Of a DNA stretch of 64,000 nucleotides, positions 28,914-37,761 are shown one piece after another. The stretch comes from Gemmatimonadales bacterium (GTDB lineage Bacteria; Gemmatimonadota; Gemmatimonadetes; Gemmatimonadales; GWC2-71-9), in assembly GCA_041577295.1 (NCBI GenBank), contig JBFGJG010000026.1:1-64000 (forward strand), read 5' to 3'. Below the pieces are notes generated by a model. That model had not been told where the DNA came from and searched no databases. It worked only from the letters and a program-made list of their open reading frames with translations. The stretch's first letter is position 1. Every line of letters starts with the position of its first letter. The translations under genes were made by a program, and so were the position numbers.

Positions 28914-30346
28914 GTTGTCTCCCTCGGTTTCGGGAACGCTGCAGAGAGCAATCCCGCTCCAACCGTGATCAGTGTACCCAGCGGTACGTACCACGGCCAC
29001 GCCAAATTCGCAAACGGGCCCGGTTTGATGAGCACGACGCTGACCATGCTCACGGTCGCAACTCCGATAGCGAGCATCGCATCCGCCTGACGCGCGCGTC
29101 GGCTGATGCCGCCCAAGAGGTACGTCCCCAGCAGGCTGCCGTACGTGATTGATGCGATCGACAACGCCAGCTCCACCACCGGCTGATCGTTCGAGCGGAA
29201 CGAGAGCGCACCAGCGCTCAGCACGATCGCCCATGCTACCGTGGCCCATCGGCCCACGGCGAGGAGGTGTTGTGAATCACGACGGCCAGTGAGCGAGGCG
29301 TAGAAATCGTGCGTGGTGGCGGACGCCAAGGAGTTGAGCGAGGAGCTCACCGTGCTCATCGCTGCCGCGAGCAGTCCGGCTACGACCAACCCAGCGAGAC
29401 CGCTCGGCAAGTAGTTGACGACGAAGGCCGGAAACAAGGAATCGCCCGAACCGCTCCCGTCGTCCACCCCAGCCGCCCACAGACAGGTGCCCACGAATAG
29501 AAAGATTGCGAATTGGATGATGACGATGATCCCGGACCCGACGAGCGCGCGCCGGGCATCGGGGAGTGCGCGTGTGGCGAGGAGACGCTGTACGATGAGG
29601 TGGTCGGTGCCGTGCGACGCAGCGGAGAGCAACGCTCCACCGACGAGACCGCTCGCAAACGTGTAGGTGGTGCCAAAGGAGAACTGCCAGTCGATCGCCC
29701 GCAACTTGCCTGCGTCAGCTGCCCGGTCGAGCACCGACCCCAACCCCCCCGCGAGTTGGGCCGCCACGAGGATCGCCACGATACCGCCTACCACGTAGAT
29801 CCCCAACTGGAGTACGTCGACCCACACCACCGCGCGGATGCCACCCGCCCAGGTGTACGCCAGCGTCGCGACAGCCACTACGACGATGCTCACGGGAATG
29901 GACCAACCGGTGACGATGGCCAGGGGAATGGCGGTGGCAAACACGCGCACGCTGTCGCCGAGAGCGCGAATGGCCATGAAAATGCTCGATGCGACCTTGC
30001 GCGTCCCAACACCGAAGCGTGTTTCGAGTCGGGCGTAAGCGGTCTCCTGCTCGCCCCGGAAGTAGCCGGGCAGTAGCCAAATTGCGACTGCGACGCGTCC
30101 GATCAGATAACCGAGGGGTAACTGCAAGAACGTGAGGTCGGTGCGCGCTCCAAGCCCGGGTACCGAGATAACAGTCAGGGCCGATGTCTCCGTCGCCACG
30201 ATTGAGAGCATCACCGCCCACCACGGCAAGTTGTGGCGACCGAGAAAGTAGTCAGACGCATCGCGCTGCCGGCGGGTGAAGTGGACCCCGATGGCGACCA
30301 CGATCGCCAGGTAGACGCCCATGACGGCGAGGTCGAGTGGGGTCAT
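28910..30346 (-). CDS. Sodium:solute symporter (SSS), probable amino-sugar importer
   Basis: DYFLG, SIVATETSALT, YTWAGGIRAVVWVDVLQ, HGTD...VQRLL, AAAMST.SSSLNS. Confidence 0.92.
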   Translation of the reverse strand: MTPLDLAVMGVYLAIVVAIGVHFTRRQRDASDYFLGRHNLPWWAVMLSIVATETSALTVISVPGLGARTDLTFLQLPLGYLIGRVAVAIWLLPGYFRGEQETAYARLETRFGVGTRKVASSIFMAIRALGDSVRVFATAIPLAIVTGWSIPVSIVVVAVATLAYTWAGGIRAVVWVDVLQLGIYVVGGIVAILVAAQLAGGLGSVLDRAADAGKLRAIDWQFSFGTTYTFASGLVGGALLSAASHGTDHLIVQRLLATRALPDARRALVGSGIIVIIQFAIFLFVGTCLWAAGVDDGSGSGDSLFPAFVVNYLPSGLAGLVVAGLLAAAMSTVSSSLNSLASATTHDFYASLTGRRDSQHLLAVGRWATVAWAIVLSAGALSFRSNDQPVVELALSIASITYGSLLGTYLLGGISRRARQADAMLAIGVATVSMVSVVLIKPGPFANLAWPWYVPLGTLITVGAGLLSAAFPKPRETT

Positions 30347-30394
30347 GCGGATCTACAGTGGAGGCAGGAGATGTGGGTTTGGGGGGAAGCGAAA

Positions 30395-30418
30395 GGGCCC
30401 GCGGAAAGCCGCAGGCCC
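30395..30418 (-). terminator. Probable terminator after erpA-like gene
   Basis: Minus strand GGGCCTGCGG-CTTT-CCGCGGGCCC then TTTC. Confidence 0.5.
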
Positions 30419-30448
30419 ATGATTGTACCTATCTGTTTGCGCAAGCGT

Positions 30449-30811
30449 CTATGCGCTGAAAGAGCTACCGCATCCACAACCGCCGGTGGCGCTAGGGTTG
30501 TCAAACGTGAACCCAGAGCCCTGGACCGAGGAGACGTAGTCGATGATCGTACCCTGGAGATACTGTGCGCTGAACATGTCGACAAACACCCGGAGCCCAC
30601 TGACCTCCAGGATGAGATCGTCCTCCAACGGCTGTTCTTCGATGTTCAAACCGTACTTGAAGCCCGAACACCCACCAGGGAGCACGCCCACCCGCAACCC
30701 CGCGGTTTCTACAGAGACGTCTTCCTGCGCGATAAACGCCTTCACCTGCTCCACTGCGTTGTCCGTAAGTTTCAGTGTGACATCAACTTCAGGTTGCTGT
30801 GTGGTGCTCAT
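30449..30811 (-). CDS. A-type Fe-S cluster carrier (ErpA/IscA/HesB)
   Basis: GGCSGFKY and CGCGSSF motifs; AAGGAG RBS. Confidence 0.95.
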   Translation of the reverse strand: MSTTQQPEVDVTLKLTDNAVEQVKAFIAQEDVSVETAGLRVGVLPGGCSGFKYGLNIEEQPLEDDLILEVSGLRVFVDMFSAQYLQGTIIDYVSSVQGSGFTFDNPSATGGCGCGSSFSA

Positions 30812-30835
30812 CGCAGTCTCCTTCCAGACGCGAGG

Positions 30836-30864
30836 AACTTATCATCGGCCTTGTTGGGTGTCAA
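30836..30864 (-). promoter_or_regulatory. Putative sigma70 promoter of erpA-like gene
   Basis: Minus strand TTGACA-17 nt-TAAGTT. Confidence 0.55.
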
Positions 30865-30969
30865 CGGCAACTGTCCAAAACTCTTTGTCAGTGAACAAGT
30901 TACGCACCTACCCGACAAGCACCGCGCCCGCGACCACCCAGCAGGCAAGAGCTGCAAACTGCATACCCA

Positions 30970-32145
30970 CTAACCTCCCTCTATGCCTTCCACGGTTTTT
31001 ATTACCGAGTCCGCGACCACTCTCCTCACCCGGCGGATTGCGTTGTTGGTGCGGGTTGGGTGCACCCGGTTGGTCAACAAGATGATATAGAGTTCTCGCG
31101 TTGGATCGATCCATATGCTCGTGCCGGTGAATCCCGTATGACCAAAACTCCGGGGCGAGAGCAGGCGACCCGCCGAGCCTCGGCCGGCGGGAGATGGGGT
31201 ATCCCACCCCAGGGCTCTGGTGGATCCTGCCGGTCCGGCTTGGCGACGCGTAAACTCGCGCACGAGATCGGCAGAGAGATAAACGGCCGAATGCTCAGTC
31301 AACCGTCCGTGGTACGCGTCGAGGAGCCACTCCGCAAAGCGGGCGAGATCCGGTGCGGATGCGAACAGCCCGGCGTGTCCGGAGACGCCCCCGAGCCGGG
31401 CGGCATTCTCGTCATGCACCTCGCCGCGGAGTGTCCGTCGCCGCCATGGGTCTCGCTCGGTGGGAGCGATCTGATCGTGCCAGGCTGGAGGCGGTCGAAA
31501 CCGAGTGGTGGTCATCCCAAGCGGTGTAAAGACACGGCTCTCGAGCAACTCATCGAGCGCCATCCCGGCGGTTCTCTCCACGACCTGCGTGAGCAGAATC
31601 GCGCCGAGGTCCGAATAGGCGTATCGCTCACCGGGAGGCGCTTCCAGCGGCGCGGCGTTGACGCGCCGGAGCGCCTCGTCTCGCGTCCGCGTCTCGAGGT
31701 GAAGTGGCTCCCAGGGTGCGAGTCCCGACGTGTGTGTCAGCAGGTGTCTGACGAGCACATCGGATTTGCCTGGCCCAGTAAAGTCGGGGACTATCTCGCG
31801 CACTGGTGTATCGAGGTCGAGCCGGCCGTCCGCGATGAGCAGCATGGTCGCGGTAGTGAGCCCGACGACCTTGGTGAGGCTCGCAAGGTCGTACAGAGTC
31901 GTGTCGTTGATCGGGCGCGGATCGTCGATTCCGTATTGCCCGACCGCGGTTCGATAGACGATGGCTTGTCTCCACCCGACCCATAGTACGGCTCCGGGAA
32001 AGGATCCATTTCGGACCTCGGCCTCCAGATAGCTGCCGATCCCAGCGAACCGTGCTGTGTCTAGAGGGAGCGGAGGGGCTTGAGCCAACACCGCGTTTGC
32101 GGCGAACACGAGACAGACGAACGACACGCTCGCGGCGCGGTTCAT
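30970..32145 (-). CDS. Secreted beta-lactamase-fold serine hydrolase (AmiE-like)
   Basis: LASLTK (SxxK), LLTHTSG, YSD, GEVHDENA..LGGVSGHAGLF, FGHTGFTGT, LTNRVHP. Confidence 0.9.
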   Translation of the reverse strand: MNRAASVSFVCLVFAANAVLAQAPPLPLDTARFAGIGSYLEAEVRNGSFPGAVLWVGWRQAIVYRTAVGQYGIDDPRPINDTTLYDLASLTKVVGLTTATMLLIADGRLDLDTPVREIVPDFTGPGKSDVLVRHLLTHTSGLAPWEPLHLETRTRDEALRRVNAAPLEAPPGERYAYSDLGAILLTQVVERTAGMALDELLESRVFTPLGMTTTRFRPPPAWHDQIAPTERDPWRRRTLRGEVHDENAARLGGVSGHAGLFASAPDLARFAEWLLDAYHGRLTEHSAVYLSADLVREFTRRQAGPAGSTRALGWDTPSPAGRGSAGRLLSPRSFGHTGFTGTSIWIDPTRELYIILLTNRVHPTRTNNAIRRVRRVVADSVIKTVEGIEGG

Positions 32146-33953
32146 GGTGCCCCGCGGATGATTCCGTGCCCTCGGGAATGGGTGGACGAGAGCGTGATGG
32201 GCAAACGTCCGGTGATCGGTGCATTCGCAGCGATCGCCCGGGCCACGGCGAGTTCGGTTGCCGCGTTGTCACTCCAAGCGAGGAGGTAGGCCCCGTCGAA
32301 TCCTGGGAGCTGGGCGAGGAGGTAGGGACTTCCGAACGATGCCAAAACGGTGGGCGTTCTTCGTTCGGTCGAGAGAATCAACCCCGCGAGTGGATCCGGC
32401 AGATCGACGTGGCCACGGCCCGCAATGAATCGCACGCTGACGGCGAAGATGACGCGGGGGCTGCGCCTGATCACGGCGCGCGCCGAATCGTACGACATCG
32501 GTCCCGATGCTGGGTACAGGCGGAACGTCGATACCGTCTCGCCGTGGCGCCGTAATTCTCGCATCAGATCGTCGCCGACGTGGAGGTTGGTTTCCTCGGC
32601 GTAGGTAATGACCGCGGTGCGGCTGCGCGTCCTGCGGAATTCGTCGATCGGTCCAGCCTGTACAAGTGTCAGCGCACGCGCCGCGATATCGTTGGCGATG
32701 TCCACGAAGTCGCGACGGCCGAGCACGGAAGGGACGCTGTCTAACGGGACGGTTCTCTGATGAAAGATCCCCGCCCGGCGTTTCAGCTCGAGCACCCTTC
32801 GCACCGATCGGTCGAGTCGGTCGCCCGGAATTCTTCCGCTGTATACCGCATCCACCATCGCATCGCGCGCCGCCCGGACGTCGGCTGGCACGAGCAGGAG
32901 GTCGTTTCCTGCGAGGAAGGCGCGCACGGCGCTCTCGCCCGCTCCGTACCCACTGACGATTGCGCCCATGGCCAATGCGTCGGTGACCACCAGTCCTCCG
33001 AAGCGCAACGAGTCTCGTAATACACCGGTCACGACGAGCGAAGAGAGTGTCGCCGGCTCCGAGCTCATGCCAAAGCACTGCAGGGCGAGGTGTGCTGTCA
33101 TGACGGCCGTCACACCCGCTTCGATGGCGGCACGGAACGGCTCGAGTTCGAGTGTATCCAACCGGTCCCAACAGCCTGAGACCACCGGCAGCTCCGAGTG
33201 GGAATCGGTGCCGGTATCTCCGTGGCCGGGGAAGTGTTTGGCGGTCGTGAACAGTCCATGCTCCTCGGCCCCGCGCACATAGGCTGCGATGAGGGTGGAT
33301 GCAGCCTTGGGATCTTCACCGAACGAGCGAGTGTTGATGATCGGGTTTTGGGGGTTGTTGTTCAGATCCGCGACCGGGGAGAACGTCAAATGAATACCCA
33401 CCGCGCGCGCTTCGAGGGCCGTGATGCGTCCTAGCTGATACGCGTCGAGTTCTCGTCCGGTGGCGCCGAACGCCATGGCCATGGGAAACGGGGTGGCTCC
33501 ACGAAATCGCATGGCTGCTCCCCATTCCATGTCCGCCGCAATCAGGAGGGGGAGACGGGATCGCTCCTGCAGGGCATTCAGCTTCGCCGCCACGTCGAGC
33601 GGCGAGCCCACGGAGATGATGATCCCACCCAACTCGAGGGAGTCGATCCACGTCGAGAGCATGTCATACTCGTCGCTCTCGTACGCGGCGTAGTTGCCCA
33701 ACAGCCAGGGCATGACCAGCTGCCCCACCTTTTGCTCGATGGTGAGCGTCTGGAGCAATGAATCTGGGCTTATCTTGTGAACGGGTGGAGGTACGGTCAC
33801 CTGGGGCAGCACCGCGTACGGGTCCGGCGTCGGTGGTGGCAGCGGTGGCGGAGCCTCCTCGGCGTCCGGCGCCGGTGCGGCTTGTGGGGGCCGTTGAGGA
33901 CCGCAGCTCCCGGCGACCATGAGAACGAGGAGCAGTTTCAACCAATGTCGCAT
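32142..33953 (-). CDS. nagZ: GH3 beta-N-acetylglucosaminidase (NagZ-like, two-domain lipoprotein)
   Basis: KHFPGHGDT..DSH signature, ADMEWG, RSFGEDP, VMTAH, VTDAL.M; lipoprotein signal MRHWLKLLLVLMVAGS-C. Confidence 0.88.
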   Translation of the reverse strand: MRHWLKLLLVLMVAGSCGPQRPPQAAPAPDAEEAPPPLPPPTPDPYAVLPQVTVPPPVHKISPDSLLQTLTIEQKVGQLVMPWLLGNYAAYESDEYDMLSTWIDSLELGGIIISVGSPLDVAAKLNALQERSRLPLLIAADMEWGAAMRFRGATPFPMAMAFGATGRELDAYQLGRITALEARAVGIHLTFSPVADLNNNPQNPIINTRSFGEDPKAASTLIAAYVRGAEEHGLFTTAKHFPGHGDTGTDSHSELPVVSGCWDRLDTLELEPFRAAIEAGVTAVMTAHLALQCFGMSSEPATLSSLVVTGVLRDSLRFGGLVVTDALAMGAIVSGYGAGESAVRAFLAGNDLLLVPADVRAARDAMVDAVYSGRIPGDRLDRSVRRVLELKRRAGIFHQRTVPLDSVPSVLGRRDFVDIANDIAARALTLVQAGPIDEFRRTRSRTAVITYAEETNLHVGDDLMRELRRHGETVSTFRLYPASGPMSYDSARAVIRRSPRVIFAVSVRFIAGRGHVDLPDPLAGLILSTERRTPTVLASFGSPYLLAQLPGFDGAYLLAWSDNAATELAVARAIAANAPITGRLPITLSSTHSRGHGIIRGAP

Positions 33954-35153
33954 AAGACTCTGATACTCATTTTGGTACCGTATTGGTTCGCGTGTGCCCA
34001 ACCGGGGCCAGGTCGTGAAGCCGTGCGACCCGGAATTGATGTCTTGCTCACCGACTCGGTCCGGCTGATCACCGGCCGGCGAGTCGGGCTCCTGACCAAC
34101 CAGACCGGAGTGGATCGGTCGGGCATGGGCGACCTCGAGCGTCTGCTCGATGCCGGCGTGCAAGTTACCGCAATCTTCAGCCCAGAACATGGGTACCGGG
34201 GCGTGCTCGATCAGGAGGATATCGGGCACGGCACCGATTCCGCTACGGGCATTCCTATTTATAGTCTCTACGGTGCCGAGCGCGCCCCGACGCCGGCCAT
34301 GTTCGAAAACGTGGACGTCCTGCTCATCGACCTCCAGGACATCGGTGCCCGCCCGTATACGTACATCTCGACGGCCCTCTTGGCGATGCGGGTCGCGGCG
34401 CGCAGCGAGGTGCACGTCGTCCTCCTGGACCGGCCCAATCCGATAGCAGGGGTCGCGGTGCAGGGTCCCGTCCTCGACACCGCGTTCGCTACGTTTGTCG
34501 GCATGTTGCCGGTGGCGCTCCGTCACGGGATGACGATCGGTGAGTTGGCGCTCATGGGGAATGCGCAGCTGCGCATGGGTGCCGCGCTCACGGTCGTTCC
34601 CGTGGATGGCTGGCGTCGGGTGCTGTGGTTCGATCAGACAGGACTCCCCTGGATTCGTCCGTCTCCCAACATGCCATCCCTGGAGAGTGCGACCCACTAC
34701 CCGGGGCTCGTGCTGTTGGAAGGTACCAATCTCTCGGTTGGTCGGGGCACACCGATCGCCTTTCAGCTGCTGGCGGCGCCCTGGCTCAATACGCGTGGGG
34801 TGATCGACCGTGTCGCACCGCAGGTCGGCGTCGCATTTCGTGATTCGGTCGTCGTACCGGAGTCCCCAACCGACGGCAAGTACGCTGGAGCGTCGCTGCC
34901 AGCGATCGTGCTTGAGGTTACCGATCGTGCCGCTTACGACCCCGTGGTCACCACCATCGCGTTGCTCGCAGCGGTGCGCCGGGTTCATGCGGATTCGTTC
35001 CGTTTCACACCGGCCACCTTCGATCGACTTGCCGGCAACGATGGCGTACGGTTGATGCTCGAGCGGGGGGAGCCCTGGGAAACCATCGTGGCGAGCTGGA
35101 CGGCAGGGCTGACGAAGTTTCGGGAGATGCGCCGACAGTACCTGTTGTACTAG
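33945..35153 (+). CDS. namZ: Exo-beta-N-acetylmuramidase NamZ (DUF1343) family
   Basis: GLLTNQTG, FSPEHG, SLYG, DLQDIGAR.YTY, LDRPNP, RHGMTIGELA, PSPNMP, EGTNLSVGRGT; signal peptide with Cys. Confidence 0.9.
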   Translation: MSHKTLILILVPYWFACAQPGPGREAVRPGIDVLLTDSVRLITGRRVGLLTNQTGVDRSGMGDLERLLDAGVQVTAIFSPEHGYRGVLDQEDIGHGTDSATGIPIYSLYGAERAPTPAMFENVDVLLIDLQDIGARPYTYISTALLAMRVAARSEVHVVLLDRPNPIAGVAVQGPVLDTAFATFVGMLPVALRHGMTIGELALMGNAQLRMGAALTVVPVDGWRRVLWFDQTGLPWIRPSPNMPSLESATHYPGLVLLEGTNLSVGRGTPIAFQLLAAPWLNTRGVIDRVAPQVGVAFRDSVVVPESPTDGKYAGASLPAIVLEVTDRAAYDPVVTTIALLAAVRRVHADSFRFTPATFDRLAGNDGVRLMLERGEPWETIVASWTAGLTKFREMRRQYLLY

Positions 35154-35238
35154 GCGGGATAGGCGGAATGGGAGGGAGAGGTGGGAGCGGTGGCCGTTGA
35201 GCTGAGCAATCCCCCGTCTCCCGCCAATCCCGCCGTCC
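35153..35238. repeat. 9-bp-period degenerate repeats (GGCGGGATA-like) with complementary downstream arm
   Basis: ggcgggata ggcggaatg ggagggaga ggtgggagc ... atcccccgt ctcccgcca atcccgccg. Confidence 0.7.
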
Positions 35239-35307
35239 AAGGGGGCACTGATTGCCGCCGCCCCATGCCGCCGTTATTCTTACCTGCCTATCTGTTATGA
35301 CCTGGTC

Positions 35308-36009
35308 ATGCTGATCCCTGGGTTTCTGAGGCGGGGGTTCGAGGCGTTGCTCGAGCCGTTCGTGTCCCGATTGGTGGCGATGGGTGTCACACCCAACGCC
35401 ATCACGAGCGTGGGCACGGCGGTCCTCGTTGCGTCGGCGATCGCCTTCGGTTATGGCGCCGTGCGGCTCGGTGCTGCGCTGCTGCTGTTGAGTGGTGTGT
35501 TTGACATGCTCGACGGCCGGGTCGCGCGGCTGGGTGGCCGAACGACGAAGTTTGGCGCGTTTTACGATTCGACACTGGACCGGGTGGGAGAGTCGGCGTT
35601 GTTTATTGGCATCGCCATCTTTTTCATCGCCGGCGGTGTCGAGCAACGGTGGCAGATACCCGGTGTAACGCTGGCCATGATTGCCATGGCGGCCGGTCTG
35701 ACCGTGTCGTACGCCCGTGCCCGTGCTGAGGGGCTGGGTCTCGAATGTAAGGTTGGGATCGCCCAACGCGCCGAGCGGGTCCTGGGGCTTGGGGCCCCGA
35801 CATTGTTTTTTGGTGCCGGACCGGGCGGCATGCTCCTGTTTGCGGTGATCGCGCTCTTGGCGGTCGTCGCTGTCGTGACGGTCGTTCAGCGCGTGTTGCA
35901 CGTCCGGAGCGCCACGGGAGGGGTTCGGCGGGCAACGAAACCACGCTGGGCGGAGCCGGTGGAACCGGTGTTAGCAAGTTCAACGAGGAAAGGACGTGGG
36001 AGTGACTGA
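35308..36009 (+). CDS. CDP-alcohol phosphatidyltransferase (phosphatidylinositol-phosphate synthase-like)
   Basis: TPNAIT, D.LDG.VAR......FGAFYDS.LDR, SYARARAEGLG, RAER; adjacent to ino1. Confidence 0.9.
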   Translation: MLIPGFLRRGFEALLEPFVSRLVAMGVTPNAITSVGTAVLVASAIAFGYGAVRLGAALLLLSGVFDMLDGRVARLGGRTTKFGAFYDSTLDRVGESALFIGIAIFFIAGGVEQRWQIPGVTLAMIAMAAGLTVSYARARAEGLGLECKVGIAQRAERVLGLGAPTLFFGAGPGGMLLFAVIALLAVVAVVTVVQRVLHVRSATGGVRRATKPRWAEPVEPVLASSTRKGRGSD

Positions 36010-37333
36010 TACTTCCAAGCGATCAATAGCGCCCGCCGAGGGTAAACTCGGCGTGCTGCTGGTGGGGTTGGGTGCGGTGGCGACGACCTATGTGGCGGGG
36101 GTCGAGAGCATTCGGCGGGGGCGAGCCAAGCCAATCGGATCCCTTGCCGAGATGGGTACGATCCGGCTCGGGAAGCGAACAGAGCATCGCTCGCCTCGCA
36201 TACGGGACTTCGTGCCGTTGGCGGAGCTCGACGACCTGGTATTCGGGGCGTGGGATCCGATTCCGGATGATGGTTACACGTCGGCCAAGGTGGCGGGCGT
36301 CCTCGAGGGCGAGCAGATCGAGCCTGTCTCTGGCTTTCTCAAGAGCATCAAACCGATGCCCGCCGTCTTCGATCGAAATTATGTGAAGCGCCTAAACGGC
36401 ACGAACATCAAGCGCGGATCCAGCAAGCGAGATCTCGCGGAGGAGTTGCGCGAAGATATTCGGACGTTCAAGGCGACCAACGACTGCGACCGACTAGTCA
36501 TGATCTGGTGTGCATCCACGGAAGTGTTCATCCCCACCGGGCCCGCACATCAGACGCTCATGGCCTTCGAAAAGGCGATGGACGCCAATGATCCGGCGAT
36601 TGCGCCGTCCATGCTCTACGCGTGGGCGAGCATCATGGAAGGTGTGCCGTTTGCCAATGGCGCACCCAATCTCACGGTCGACATGCCGGCGCTGCAGGCG
36701 CTGGCGCTCGATCGGGAAGTCGCCATCTGTGGGAAGGACTTCAAGACGGGACAGACGCTGGTGAAGACGGTGATCTCGCCCATGCTCAAGGCTCGGATGC
36801 TGGGGCTGTCGGGGTGGTACTCGACGAACATCTTGGGCAACCGCGACGGTGAGGTGCTGGACGACCCCGAGTCCTTCAAGACCAAGGAAGAATCCAAGCT
36901 CGGCGTGCTCGAGCATATTCTCCAGCCGAGCATGTACCCGGACCTCTACGGCAAGGTGTATCACAAGGTTCGCATCAACTACTACCCGCCGCGTGGTGAC
37001 AACAAAGAGGGGTGGGACAATATCGATATCTTCGGATGGCTGGGCTATCCGATGCAGATCAAGATCAACTTCCTGTGCCGCGACTCCATCCTGGCCGCGC
37101 CACTGGTTCATGATCTCACGCTGTTCCTCGACCTGGCGCAGCGGTGCGACCTGAGTGGCATTCAAGAGTGGCTCTCGTTCTACTTCAAGAGCCCGATGGC
37201 CGCGCCCGAGCTCACCCCGGAGCACGATCTCTTCATTCAGCACACGAAGCTCAAGAATACGCTCCGGTGGTTGATGGGTGAGGAGCAGATCACCCATCTC
37301 GGAATCGAGTACTACGACTACCAGACGGTGTGA
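35996..37333 (+). CDS. ino1: Myo-inositol-1(3)-phosphate synthase
   Basis: GLGAVAT, WCASTE, NGAPN, GKDFKTGQT, NILGNRDG, SKL, DNKE.WD, RDSILAAP; start may be GTG 36002. Confidence 0.95.
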   Translation: MGVTDTSKRSIAPAEGKLGVLLVGLGAVATTYVAGVESIRRGRAKPIGSLAEMGTIRLGKRTEHRSPRIRDFVPLAELDDLVFGAWDPIPDDGYTSAKVAGVLEGEQIEPVSGFLKSIKPMPAVFDRNYVKRLNGTNIKRGSSKRDLAEELREDIRTFKATNDCDRLVMIWCASTEVFIPTGPAHQTLMAFEKAMDANDPAIAPSMLYAWASIMEGVPFANGAPNLTVDMPALQALALDREVAICGKDFKTGQTLVKTVISPMLKARMLGLSGWYSTNILGNRDGEVLDDPESFKTKEESKLGVLEHILQPSMYPDLYGKVYHKVRINYYPPRGDNKEGWDNIDIFGWLGYPMQIKINFLCRDSILAAPLVHDLTLFLDLAQRCDLSGIQEWLSFYFKSPMAAPELTPEHDLFIQHTKLKNTLRWLMGEEQITHLGIEYYDYQTV

Positions 37334-37761
37334 GTGTCGGAGAGGTAGTCGTCGTCCTCCTTGGGGCGGCGCTCATTGTTGGGGAGCTTTGGTTCTTTCT
37401 CGGTCCACGGGCGCGTACCGCAGCCGCTAGGCCGACCAACGGCGGCGTCCAGGAAGTGCAAGTGCTCGTGAAGGGGGGCTATGACCCCGACACGATCTTC
37501 GTGGAGGCGGGCCGTCCGGTCCGCCTCTTGTTTTATCGCGACGAAACGGCCGCGTGTTCCGAGCGTGTGGTGTTTCCCGACCTGGGGATCGACCGAGAAT
37601 TGCCGTCCTTCGCCACCACCAAGATCGAGTTCACGCCCGGCAACGCCCGGGACTATCCGTTCTCCTGCGGACACGGCGTCATGCAAGGTCGGGTCGTGGC
37701 GCAGGTGGGGGGCGAACGGGCGCGCGCGAATCTCGGTCGGGGGCATTCAACCCATGGGTGA
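37330..37761 (+). CDS. Membrane-anchored cupredoxin-domain protein (CupA-like)
   Basis: N-terminal TM, VKGGY.P, ACSE.VVF, FSCG..(M).G; coupled to copA. Confidence 0.88.
   Translation: MSVGEVVVVLLGAALIVGELWFFLGPRARTAAARPTNGGVQEVQVLVKGGYDPDTIFVEAGRPVRLLFYRDETAACSERVVFPDLGIDRELPSFATTKIEFTPGNARDYPFSCGHGVMQGRVVAQVGGERARANLGRGHSTHG

Noticed and set aside
33954..35240. Apparent 430-aa N-terminal extension of the 1032-aa GH3 ORF
   Set aside because: It is the antisense of namZ; the GH3 lipoprotein signal begins at 33953
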